Shown here: positions 25,432-37,636 of the stretch, in pieces
Layout of the letters: each line of letters begins with the position of its first letter
How positions within the stretch are numbered: position 1 is the first letter of the stretch
Assembly (NCBI GenBank): GCA_951406725.2
Contig: OX597816.1
Coordinates: 11,532,001-11,596,000 of the forward strand
Direction of reading: 5' to 3'
Length of the DNA stretch: 64,000 nucleotides
Origin: Octopus vulgaris
Taxonomy: Eukaryota
Notes under the pieces: generated by a model
What the model was told of the DNA's origin: nothing
Database searches by the model: none
The model's input: only the letters and a program-made list of their open reading frames with translations
Made by a program: the position numbers and the translations under genes

Positions 25432-27689
25432 CACCCCCTCTTCCCGACCCCACTCATCCCACCACCCCGCTTCCTCGCACTGTTGTCACTATACCCCCCA
25501 ATCTCCCCCTCTCTGCAGCCGAGCGCTCTCTCCTCAGTAAGGGACTCCGCTTCACGCCTCTCACGCGCCTCTGTGACGAATTCGAGACTCGGACGGACGT
25601 CAACCAGTTCCTGCGCCGCCTCAAACTTTGCGCCTTCTACCACGCGTCTCCGCAGCGTCACGATAATCAGGATTGCTTTTTGGAGCTGGGGCGCCGCCCA
25701 TCCAACTGGACGCCGCCCCCGGGCCAATTCAGTAGCCTAGACTCGTTTGTGAACGACTGCAACGCGTTGGTAAACCGGTTTGATTTTAAAAAAAGACCTC
25801 TCCGAGACAACCTCACACAGGCTGAATTGGTTGCCCTTCGCCACCTCCGTCGCCGCAATGACATTGTCATCAAATCGGCGGACAAAGGCGGAGCAGTGGT
25901 GGTATGGCGCGCGGATCTCTACAGGGAGGAAGCGCTCAGCCAGCTTCAAAATCCCCTCTTCTATCGCCTCCTCCCCTCTGATCCCACCACTTCCTACCAA
26001 CAGCGAGTGGCCTCCACTATCCGCGATCTCATCTCTTCTTCTGCTCTCCCCCCCACTGCCACCAACCTCATCGTCCGCACACCCCGCACCTCCACCATCT
26101 ATTTCCTTCCCAAAATTCATAAGCCCAATACCCCTGGCCGCCCCATTGTTTCCGCCTGTAATTGCCCTACTGAACACATTTCCCTATACCTCGACCGCAT
26201 CCTGTCTCCTTTAGTCAAAACCCTCCCTTCCCACATACATGATACCAACCACGCCCTCCGTCTCTTCAATTCCTTTTCCTTCCCTTCCAGCCCCTCTCAC
26301 CTCCTCTTCACCCTTGACATCAAATCACTGTATACGGTGATTCCCCACAACGACGGTCTCCTAGCTCTCCAACACTTCCTCGACCGTCGCCCCGACCCCA
26401 CTCCTAGCACCCCCACCCTCCTCCGCCTGGCAGAGCTCGTCCTAACCCTCAACTGTTTCACGTTCGCCGGGGAAACGTACCAACAGGTGTCCGGGGTCGC
26501 GATGGGAACGAGAATGGGTCCCAATTTCGCCAATCTCTTTGTTGGCTACATTGAGGCCCAAGTATTCTCCCAATTCTCCGGGCCGACCCCAGAACTATAC
26601 GGTCGTTACATAGACGACTGTATAGGCGCCACCTCCCTTTCCCGCGAACAACTCTGCCACTTCATCTCTTTCCTCTCTAACTTCCACCCCTCTCTACAAT
26701 TCACTTCCACCATATCCAATACTTCCGTTAACTTCCTAGATATCTCACTCAGCATCGACCACCCCTCCCACTCTCTCACCACCTCCGCCTTCTTCAAACC
26801 CACGGATTCCCACCTCTATCTCAACTTCTCCTCCTCCCATCCCTTCCACACCAAACGGGCTATCCCCTACTCCCAGTTCCTCCGCCTCCGACGCTTGTGC
26901 AGCCGCGACCAGGATTTCGAGACCCAGTCTCAATACCTGGCCCGCCTGTTCAGGCTTCGAGGATACCCACCTACCCTGGCCTTGAACGCCCTCGCCCGCG
27001 CTCGTCGCATCGACCGCACCACCGCCCTTTCTCCTTCCAATCACCCACCCCCAACCGCACCCCCTTCCCCCTCCTTTTCCACCCCTCTACTCTACCCCTT
27101 CGTCGGAAGATACTTCGTGCCTTCCGTCGTCTCCAGCTCGATTCCACGACCCACCCCATTTTCCCCAACCCACCCCATTTTCCCCAACCCACCCCTGTTT
27201 TCCTTCAAACGAGCCCGGAATCTACGCGACCTCCTGGTCCGTAGCACCCTCCCTTCTTCCCCCTCGGCCCCACTTGGATCCTTCCCATGCTCCAGATCCC
27301 GCTGCAACACCTGCCCCTTCATGAACAACACCACTGCTGTCACCGGTTCCAACCGGCGAACTGTACGTATCGGGTATTCCTTTACGTACACCTCGTCTGG
27401 ACTCATATACTGCATTAAATGCAACCGCTGCAGGATGCTGTATATAGGACAGACGGGACGCCGGTTGTCAGACCGATTCACCGAGCATCTGCAGGATGTT
27501 CGTCTATTTTCCAATTCTCCCGTCGCACGGCACTTCCGCTCAGCCAGCCATTCCACCGATGACATCTCGGTGTTTGGTCTTGCCCCACACAACGGCTCTC
27601 CCCAATCTAGGCTTCACTTGGAACAATGGTTCATATTCCTTCTACAGACTCTAACCCCACACGGACTCAACACAGCTCCCTCCTCTTAG
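25389..27689 (+). CDS. Penelope-like element polyprotein: reverse transcriptase + GIY-YIG endonuclease (true start codon uncertain)
   Basis: LLSKGLRFTP, IKSADKGGAVVV, YFLPKIHKP..GRPIVS, TLDIKSLYT, GVAMGTRMGPNFANLF, RYIDD (YIDD 26607-26618), NFLDISL, KPTDSHLYL..SSHP, CSRSRCNTC linker, GLIYCIKCNRCRMLYIGQTGRRLSDRFTEH, LEQWFI..GLN. Confidence 0.93.
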   Translation: MFHILVLLCFLCFLAPPLPDPTHPTTPLPRTVVTIPPNLPLSAAERSLLSKGLRFTPLTRLCDEFETRTDVNQFLRRLKLCAFYHASPQRHDNQDCFLELGRRPSNWTPPPGQFSSLDSFVNDCNALVNRFDFKKRPLRDNLTQAELVALRHLRRRNDIVIKSADKGGAVVVWRADLYREEALSQLQNPLFYRLLPSDPTTSYQQRVASTIRDLISSSALPPTATNLIVRTPRTSTIYFLPKIHKPNTPGRPIVSACNCPTEHISLYLDRILSPLVKTLPSHIHDTNHALRLFNSFSFPSSPSHLLFTLDIKSLYTVIPHNDGLLALQHFLDRRPDPTPSTPTLLRLAELVLTLNCFTFAGETYQQVSGVAMGTRMGPNFANLFVGYIEAQVFSQFSGPTPELYGRYIDDCIGATSLSREQLCHFISFLSNFHPSLQFTSTISNTSVNFLDISLSIDHPSHSLTTSAFFKPTDSHLYLNFSSSHPFHTKRAIPYSQFLRLRRLCSRDQDFETQSQYLARLFRLRGYPPTLALNALARARRIDRTTALSPSNHPPPTAPPSPSFSTPLLYPFVGRYFVPSVVSSSIPRPTPFSPTHPIFPNPPLFSFKRARNLRDLLVRSTLPSSPSAPLGSFPCSRSRCNTCPFMNNTTAVTGSNRRTVRIGYSFTYTSSGLIYCIKCNRCRMLYIGQTGRRLSDRFTEHLQDVRLFSNSPVARHFRSASHSTDDISVFGLAPHNGSPQSRLHLEQWFIFLLQTLTPHGLNTAPSS

Positions 27690-27789
27690 TGACTGCGCTC
27701 CACTTCTTCCCCCGCATCTTTTATTTTTTATTTTTTGTTTATTAATTATTATTTATTTTTAATTTTAAAAAATTTTTATAATTGTCCTT

Positions 27790-29585
27790 ATGCAGTCACA
27801 CACACATACTCACGTACCCACGAACACACCTACTCCCAACACACCACACACACACAACGTACATGCACATGTACGCACACATACTTCCACACCCATACAC
27901 ACACCCACACACCCCCACGTGCACACACACATATGCCCGTGCACACACACCAGGGACGATACTCATACAGATACGCACACTCCTATAAACACCTAGCTGG
28001 GACGCACAGATACACGCACGTAAGCGCACACACGCACATGTACCTTACGCCCACACAACTCCAACCCCCCACACGTATACATTCACACACACACATACAT
28101 ACGTACACACACATAATACATACATAGATACATTCATACATACATACATACATACACACACACGCACACATACATACATACATACATACATTCATACATA
28201 CATACATTCATACATACATTCACACACACACATACATACACACATACATACATACACACACATACATATACATACACACATACATACACACACACATACC
28301 CACACACACACGCACGCACACATACATACACACACATACATGCATACATACACACGTACACACACACATACATACATACATACATACATACAACACACAT
28401 ACATACACAGATACACACATACACACACACACATACACACACACACACATATATACATACATACACACACACATACACAAATACACACATACATACACAC
28501 ACACATACACACATACATATATGCATACACACATACATATACACACATACGTACACACACGCACACACACGCACATACACACATACACGCATGCACACAT
28601 ACATACATATATATACATACATACACACACACATACATACACACATACATACACACACACTTACATACATACACACACATACATACACACATACATACAT
28701 AGACACATATACATACACACACACATACATATACATACATACAGACACACACATGCACACATACACGCATGCACACATACATACATACACACACACACAT
28801 ACTATACATACATACTATACACACATACATACATACACACACGCGTACATATACATACATACATACACATACACATACACACACACACTTACACACATAC
28901 ACCCATCCATACATATATACACACACATACATACACACTTACACACATACACACGCACATACACACACGCATACACACATACATACATACATACACACAT
29001 ACACACACACATACACACATATATACATAGATACATACACAAACATACATATACATACATACACACACATACACATACACACACACGCACGCACACATAC
29101 ATACACACACACGTACATACATACATACATACACACAAACTTACACACATACACATACATACATACACACACATACACACATACATACATACGCACATAC
29201 ATACACACACATATACATACACACACACATACACACACATATATATACATACATACAAACACACACACATGCACACATACACGCATGCACACATACATAC
29301 ATACACACACACATACATACACTACATACATAAATACATACATACACTCACATACATAAACATACATATGTACACACACGCACATACACACATGCAAAAA
29401 TACATACATACACACATACGTACATACATACATACACACACACATACATACATACATACGTACGTACATACATACATACACACACATACATACATACACA
29501 CATACACACACACATACATACACACACGCATGCATACACACATACACACACACATACATACACACACGCATATATATACATACAT

Positions 29586-29616
<31 letters not shown>

Positions 29617-30006
29617 TACATACACACACACATATAAACACACATATAAGCCCCTACATTGTACACACACGCACACATATATACATACATACACTCGCAC
29701 GCACGTACACACACACGCATACATTTACATATATATATATATATATACTATACACTCACACACACATACACGCGTACAAACACACACAAACTCACATACA
29801 CACCGACAGATATACATACACAATATACACCCATCCGCGCACGCACACATACACACAAACACATACAAACGCACACATACACGCACATACATACACTCTC
29901 ACACAAATGAACCCACATATACATCCCCCTACACACACACACGCACGTACAAGCACACACGTACTAGGGTTACGCCACACACCCACACTCTTCGCATACA
30001 CACACG

Positions 30007-30045
<39 letters not shown>

Positions 30046-30065
30046 CAAACAACACACACATATGA
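27790..30065. repeat. ~2.3-kb degenerate CA/CATA low-complexity tract inside the PLE
   Basis: Read directly; lies between the ORF stop and the 3' pLTR. Confidence 0.9.
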
Positions 30066-30337
30066 TGTTTTTTGACCTGTCTTTGACCTACCTTGACACA
30101 AACAGCTAGTAGTCATCACCACAGCTGGCTTTGTCATTATCTATTCACCAAAAATACACACACACACACACGCACGCACAAACACACTTGTCATCTTGCA
30201 CACACACACACACGCACACACACAGGCATTCCCTGTTTTTGGAACTCTCTTGCATTATAAAACCATTTTTCAACTACCTCCAAATTCTGTTCTTTTCAAC
30301 ATGTGATCTCTTAAGCACCACCAGCTCAAATATTGTC

Positions 30338-30510
30338 TCCTCTGTCTTCCCTCCTTGGGATCTTTCCTTCTCCTTGTTTCCGACGAAGAGCTCCGCTCGA
30401 AACGTTAAACCCTCCTTCCCTTCTTTCCTGAGTGTCAATAATACTTTAATTGTTCCACGTCCTGCGTTGCTGTGTTTTTTCCCTTTTTTTCTGTGTTTTC
30501 TTGTTTGGAT

Positions 30511-30514
<4 letters not shown>
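30338..30514 (+). repeat. 3' pseudo-LTR of the PLE
   Basis: Direct repeat of 25276-25431, followed by (TA)n. Confidence 0.85.
30376..30410 (+). ncRNA. Minimal hammerhead motif in the 3' pLTR
   Basis: GTTT-CCGACGA-A-GAGC-TCC-GCTC-GAA-ACGT-T-AAAC, with palindromic ACGT helix III as in PLE minimal hammerheads. Confidence 0.75.
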
Positions 30515-30571
<57 letters not shown>

Positions 30572-30574
30572 CTA

Positions 30575-30730
30575 TGGACGTCTTTCAGTTTTTGTTGACC
30601 AAATTCCCTCAAAAGGCTTTGGTCATTCTGAAGCTATATTAGAAGACATTTGCTCAAGGTGGCACAGTGGGATTGAACTCTGAACAATGTGGTTGGGAAG
30701 CAAACATCTTACCACACAGTCACTCCTATG
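30575..30730 (-). mobile_element. SINE family 1 head half (its 3' tip lies at 25180-25228, on the other side of the PLE)
   Basis: Homology to family 1; same strand as the 3'-tip fragment upstream of the PLE. Confidence 0.7.
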
Positions 30731-30907
30731 TGGTCGTTTATACGTCTTCTTCTTCTTTTTTCTGCCAAGAGTTTTGACTACGGTATTTTTGCTATCTTTT
30801 TCTTTTTTTTTTCTCTATTCATCGAAAGCATAAACTTTAACTACTCACTTAAGGGAACATAGTCTCACAGTTTTACACAGACACAGAAACACATAAACAT
30901 GCATACT

Positions 30908-31013
30908 AACATCATCATCATCATCTTCATCATTGTCATCATCATTGTCATCATCGGCGTCGTTGTCATCATCTTCATCACCATTATCATCATTGTTGTT
31001 GTTGTCATCATCG

Positions 31014-31076
<63 letters not shown>

Positions 31077-31235
31077 CTATCACTATCATCATCATCCTCA
31101 TCATTGTCATCATCATCATCATCATCATCGTCATCGTCATCATCATGATCATCACTATCATCATCGTCATCATCATCATCATCACTATCATCATCATCAT
31201 CACCATCATCATCGCCGTCGTCATCCTCATCATTG

Positions 31236-31287
<52 letters not shown>

Positions 31288-31672
31288 TATCATCATCATT
31301 GTCTTCTTCATCCTCATCATCGTCATCATCATCATCATCATCATCATCACTATCATCATTGTCATCATCATCATCATCACTATCATATCATTATCATCAT
31401 CATCATCTTCATCACCATTATCATCATCATTGTCTTCTTCATCCTCATCATTGTCATCATCATCATCATCATCATCGTCATCATCATCATCATCATCATC
31501 ACTATCATCATTGTCATCATCATCATCATCACTATCATATCATCATCACCATCATCATCGCCGTCGTCATCCTCATCATTGTCATCATCATCATCATCGT
31601 CATCATCATCATCATCATCATCATCATCTTCATCACCATTATCATCATCATTGTCTTCTTCATCATCCCCAT
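30908..31672. repeat. (CAT)n compound trinucleotide microsatellite
   Basis: Read directly. Confidence 0.95.
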
Positions 31673-32848
31673 CATTTGATATTTAGTTTTCCATGCTTGT
31701 ATGAGTCGGATGGAGTTTATTGAGACAGACTCCCTGTGACACCCTGTGCGTTTCTTGTCCCATGCATGCATGTGCACACGCGTGCACTGTGAGGTAACAT
31801 GGATTTGCAACACTCTGTCCAATGCATCCCAGCATGGAAAGCAGAGGTATAATGACGATAATGATGTAGATGTGCATATATATGTATGCATGTATGTATG
31901 TGTGTACGTCTGTATGTTTCCTCATCGTCATAATCATCATCATTTTACGTCCACTTTTCCATGTTGGTATGGGTTGGGTGAGTCACCACAATCTTAGTTC
32001 ATGTTGAGATTCCCTAATTACATAAATTTGCGTTCACGTTGACTTTATTTCTGAAACTGGGTGCTCTTCCTATCACCAACCACTTTGCTGGGTGCATTTT
32101 CTTGAGGCATCAATACTAGAAAAATTGTCAAGTCCTCAATGAAACACAACTGAAGGGTTACACTTTCTCCACTCATTTGCCATCACCTTTTCAGAGTGAA
32201 CTCGGTGCATTCAATTTTTTCCTGGTTTCAACCGATCGATGCTTTTCAACCCCTTTACTGGATGCATTTTATTACAACACCAGCACTAGAGGGTTATTCT
32301 GCTCTTGATAAGCCTAAAGAGTCATCTTTTTTCATATTGTCTCCCAAAATTCACAAACTAGTTAACAAAGGGTGTTGGGGTACATCTTCTTTTCTACTCT
32401 AGACACAAGGCCCAAAATTTTGGGAGAGGTGGGGTCAGATCGACTCTAGTATGCAACTATTGCTTAATTTATCGACCCTGAAAGGATGAAGGGCAAAGTC
32501 AACTGCGGCGGAATTTGAACTCAGAATGTAAAGACAGACGAAATACCACTAAGCATTTCGCCCGCTGTGCTAACATTTCTTATTTCTTCACTGTCCACAA
32601 GGGGCTACACACAGAGGGAACAAACAAGGACAGACAAAGGATTAAGTCAATTATATCGAACCCAGTGCATAACTGGTACTTATTTAATCGACCCCAAAAG
32701 GATGAAAGGCAAAGTTGACCTCGGTGGAATTTTAACTCAGAACGTAGCAGCAAACGAAATACCGCTAAGCATTTCGCCCGGCGTGCTAACGTTTCTGCCG
32801 GCTTCCTGCCTTGCATTGGGGTATATCTTATCATGCTCTCTCATAGAC

Positions 32849-33785
32849 CAGTGGTTCTCAAACATTTCTTTTTCTATGGGATCATCTTTGATTCCTCTGT
32901 TATTCAGCTGGACCTTTGAAGCCATTTGATGTTTAAAAACCCTATAATATTTTTATTGTTAAATGTTATCTGGAATTTAAATTCGAATTGCAATGAAAGT
33001 AAACAAAATTTTCTTTAGAAGTGTTGAGATGTATTGAAAGATAATGAAATAATTTTACTATCAAACACAGGATGATGCTAATAATATATCATGAACAGGA
33101 TAAACTACCCAAATTTTGCAAAAAAATCTGTTGGTGGCCAGCCACGAGACTCATGGTATATTATTAGCAGGCTGGGCAAAATGCTTAGCAGTATTTCATC
33201 TACCGCTACATTCTGAGTTCAAATTCCGCCAAGGTCAACTTTGCCTTTCATCCTTTCAGGGTCAATTAAATAAGTACCTATTTCTTTATTACCCACAAGG
33301 GACTAAACATAGAGGGGACAAACAAGGACAGACATAGGTCTTATGTCGATTACATCGACCCCAGTGCATAACTGGTACTTAATTTATCGACCCCGAAAGG
33401 ATGAAAGGCAAAGTCGACCTCGGCGGAATTTGAACTCAACGTAACGGCAGACGAAGTACCGCAAAGCATTTCGCCCGGTGTGCTAACGCTTCTGCTAGCT
33501 CGCCGCCTTTCGATTAAATAAGTACCACACACACTGGGGTTGATATAATCGACTTAATCCGTTTGTCTGTCCTTGTTTGTCTCCTCTGTGTTTAGCCCCT
33601 TGTGGGTAGTAAAGAAATAGGTATATTATTAGCATTATCCTGTGTTCATTTGGAATTGTTTTAAAAAAATTCTTATAACATTTTGTTTATTGTAAAAGTA
33701 TAACTAAATTACTGCAGATAAAATTTAACAGCAAAATCCTACATGGGCCTCCAAGGGCTATACAGGCCCTGGCAGAGGAACCTTG
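32849..33785. mobile_element. Possible hAT/Charlie-type MITE interrupted by family 2 SINEs
   Basis: Left end CAGTGGTTCTCAAAC is typical of hAT-Charlie TIRs; the right end is degraded. A related left end occurs at 48019. Confidence 0.4.
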
Positions 33786-34824
33786 TCATATATCTATTGA
33801 TTTATTTCCCTTCTTCCTCTACTTATAATCTACCAGTGACAGCCAAAACATAAGTATCATTCCTCTCTGATGCATAAGTTATATGTCTCCTATCCCTTGT
33901 TTGGACTCTTCACAAACTTTTTATTTTCTATGTACACAGCTCCATGCACACACTATAAAACATTTACCTTTATTCAGTCCTCCACTTGAATGGTCTCACT
34001 GTACATGTAATAGAGCTTGCCAACCATAAACAATTTTCTCTTTATCTGTTTCCTACAAGACAACAACATGGCCAGTTTGTGATGGCATCTCTTCAAACAC
34101 TTTTAGACATTCCATGTATGGTGAATCTACTTCAAGAAAATTATTCCTCTCTTTTATTTTTTTTTTGTTTTATTTTTATCATCATGCATAATTTTTTTTT
34201 TTACTGCTTCTCTGAATTTATTTTTTTAATCTATTTATTCTTAAATCATTCCACTGCTTATTTTTTTCCTTCACTTCCACAACTCCTTCTACATCTAGTG
34301 ATTTTTAAAATCTTCTTTAACTTTCAACTTCATTCTCTTTCCTTTTTTCGCCAACATATTCTTCTCTTTTTTTCCAATTATCATTCTCTGCCTTCTAGTT
34401 CATCTGATTCTTTCACATTTTTTTTATCTCACACTCTTTCCTTCATACATCACACTTTGTGTAATCTTTCTCTTCTTATTCTTTCCTCATTCAATGATAT
34501 TTCTTCGTGCTCAATTAATTTTCATTCTCCTTTAATTCCCAAATTTTCTTTATCCTCTCCTTCATCTGATTTCATTTACCTCTTTCCTTCTTTATCTTCT
34601 TTATTCCTTCACATTTTTATCTCACATTCATTTCTTTTCAATATCTTTCTCTTATTCTTTTCTCTTTCAATTTCATTCCTATTTGCTCTCTTATTTCCTT
34701 TTCTTCTTAAATACTTAAAATCTCAATTTTCTTCTCTCCAATTTTTTCTCAATTACTTCTTCCTCTACATCTTCATTTCTTTCCTTCACTTATTTAATAC
34801 TATTACATCATGCTGTCTCATTTA

Positions 34825-35840
34825 TCTCTTCTTCTTCTTCTTCTTCTTCTTCTTCTTCTTCTTCTTCTTCTCCTCCTCCTCCTCCTCCGGTTTCTTCTCC
34901 CCCTCCTTCTTCTTTCCTCCCCTCCCCTCCTCCTTCTTCTTGATGTTGTTGCTGTTGTTGTTGTTCTTTTTCTTGTTGTTGTTGTCATTGTTGTTGTTCT
35001 TGCTGTTGTTGTTGTTATTTTCCTTCTTCTTCTTCTTCTTCTTCTTCTTCTTCGTCTTCTTCTTCTCCTTCTTTTTCTTCTTGATGATGTTGTTGTTCTA
35101 CTTCTTCTTTTTCTTGTTGTTGATGTTGTTGTTATTGTTGTTCTTCTTCCTGTTGTTGTTCTTGTTCTTTTCCGTTTTCTTTATTTTTCGTGTTTGTTGT
35201 TGTTGTTGTTGTTTTTATTATTATTTACTCCTCCTCCTTGTTATTGTTGTTGTTGTTGTTCTTATTATTCTTGTTGATGTTGTTGTTGTTGTTCTTCTTC
35301 TTCTTGCTGTTGTTGTTTTTTCCTTTTTCTTCTTCTTCTTCTTCTTCTTCTTCTTCTTTTTCTTCTTCTTCTTTTCCTTGTTGTTGATGTTGTTGTTATT
35401 GTTGTTCTTCTTCCTGTTGTTGTTCTTTTCTGTTTTCTTCTTTTTCGTGTTGTGTTGTTGTTGTTGTTGTTCTTATTATTATTTACTCCTCCTACTTGTT
35501 ATTGTTGTTGTTGTTGTTCTTATTCTTCTTGTTGATGTTGTTGTTGTTATTGTTCGTCTTGCTGTTGTTGTTTTTTTCCTTTTTCGTCTTCGTTTTCTTC
35601 TTCTTCTTCTTCTTCTTCTTCTTCTTCTTCTTCTTCTTCTTCTTTTTCTTGTTGTTGATGTTGTTGTTATTGTTGTTCTTCTTCCTGTTGTTGTTCTTTT
35701 CCGTTTTCTTCTTTTTTGTGTTGTGTTGTCGTTGTTGTTCTTGTTATTATTTACTCCTCCTCCTCCTTGTTGCTGCTGTTTTTATTATCATCATTTCCTT
35801 CCTCTTCCTTCTTTTTCTCCCCCTGCTCCTCCTCCTCCTT
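34825..35840. repeat. Compound (TTC)/(TTG)/(TCC) microsatellite with ~250-bp higher-order units
   Basis: TTATTATTTACTCCTCC recurs at ~35218, 35475 and 35744. Confidence 0.9.
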
Positions 35841-36599
35841 GCAGTTTTTCTTTTTCATTTTCCTTTTCCTAATATATATTTTTTTTTTTTGTTTTGCTCG
35901 TCTGTTTCTTTTCTCCCCCTTGTTTCATGCTAGAACGGTTATTTTAGCATGCGGAGAAATTGGAATTCAGTGTCTATTTTCAATTTATCTTCTGTTTAAA
36001 AACTGCCTCTGAAGAATCTCAACTCTATAATTACTTGAAAATATCATGCAAAAATAAGACTGAAACCATTTTTTAAAATTTTATTATTTCATCTTTTTAT
36101 TTCTTTGAGATCATCTTAATTTCATTTCAATCATATCACTCCCATTTATTTTCTCTGGCAAAAGACTTTTAACCTTTTCCTGTATTTTCTCTAATCAAGC
36201 CTGCATAGTTCTCCCTCCTGACTGCAAAACAAAAAAAAAACAAAAAAAAACAAAGCAAAAAAAAACAACAAAAAAATAAAATAGAAAACCCAGAAGTTTT
36301 TTTCTACTTGGAATTAATAAGTTTATTCTATGCAGCTAAACACATTGATCTTAGTGAAATGAAAAATACTTAGCCGGTTTTTGCTAAGCAATTAGCCAAC
36401 TCGTACTCGTTAGTCAATAATATATTATAATTACTCATGTTATATTCCAAACTGAAGCTGGAATATTGTTTAACACAAAATTAGTTTAGCATTAGTCTCT
36501 ATTATTCAAATGCAGTTATGTAAAAAAAACTTTAATTTAGTTAGATATAAGCACATTAATTTAAGGTGACCAGTGGCATGGATGGATGAACGAAAACCA

Positions 36600-36615
36600 T
36601 ATCATAATAATAATA

Positions 36616-36691
<76 letters not shown>

Positions 36692-36735
36692 TAACAACAA
36701 TAACAAACAATAATAATAACAATAATAATAATAAC

Positions 36736-36767
<32 letters not shown>

Positions 36768-36945
36768 CAATAATAATAATAATAATAATAATAATGATAG
36801 TAACAACAATAATAATAATAACAATAATAATATTAATAACAACAAAAATAATAATAATAATAATAATAATGATAATAATAACAACAACAACAATAATAAC
36901 AATAACAATAACAATAATAATAATGAAAATAATAATAATAATGAT
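36600..36945. repeat. (AAT)n/(AAC)n microsatellite
   Basis: Read directly. Confidence 0.95.
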
Positions 36946-37636
36946 TCCTTTTATATTTTAATGATTTCTTTTATAATAATAATAATAATAATAATAATAT
37001 TAATGATGATGATGATGAAGATGATGATAATACTACTACTACTAATAATAATAAAATTGTTTTTACTATTAGTATTATTAATATTTGAGGTGTATTAGCA
37101 GGCTCCAAGGAGATGAAATAACTAATATTTCAATGGAAAACTTTCATTGGCGTGGACTCTATTTAAAACACTGAATATTTCTTTTTCTATTCACTGTGCA
37201 GTAACATACTTGAGTGATCGTGTTTATATATTTTTAATTGCTATGTCTAGCAGAAAATATAAAAATTCTTCCATTGCTTTTTTTATATATTTCTTTTCTT
37301 ATTTTTTTCACTTTTTAATATCGTGTAAAGGAAAGGAAATTTTGTATGATATTAGGCGCAAGTTTAATAATATTTCATTCACCTGTTTTTTTTTTTTTTT
37401 TATCCTACAAATCAATTTTCATCAAAATTCTAACCACACCAGGCAGAACCATGTCTGAGCAGTGAGGAAGTTGGTCTTGGAACCAGGAGGTTTTGGTTCA
37501 ATTTCACTGCATGGCATATTGTGCATCTGTCTTCTATTATTGCAACATGGCATCTCACCAACCACAGGCACGGGAATCAAGTTTGGGAGATGGAAATTAG
37601 GTAGTTTTCCTATTATGTGTGTAAATCTGTGAGTGT

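Larger units (their letters stand above)
25243..30514 (+). mobile_element. Penelope-like retroelement (Neptune-type): 5' pLTR, ORF, CA-rich 3' region, 3' pLTR; between (TA)n tracts
   Basis: RT+GIY-YIG ORF flanked by direct repeats (25276-25431 and 30338-30505); TA runs at 25229-25242 and 30515-30565. Confidence 0.9.

Noticed and set aside
25410-27592. Antisense and alternative-frame ORFs over the PLE
   Set aside because: Shadows of a GC-rich ORF; only part of 26897-27244 is meaningful, as the frameshifted linker.
27735-30061. Long His/Thr and Val/Cys ORFs
   Set aside because: Translations of the CA-rich tract.
30865-31723. Poly-Met/Ile/Ser/His ORFs (also 7673-8299, 36561-37098, 50267-51010, 52268-52874, 58026-58511)
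   Set aside because: Trinucleotide microsatellite read-through.
33986-35872. 628-aa ORF
   Set aside because: Stop-free only because the strand is T/C-rich microsatellite (poly-F/L/V); no domain motifs.
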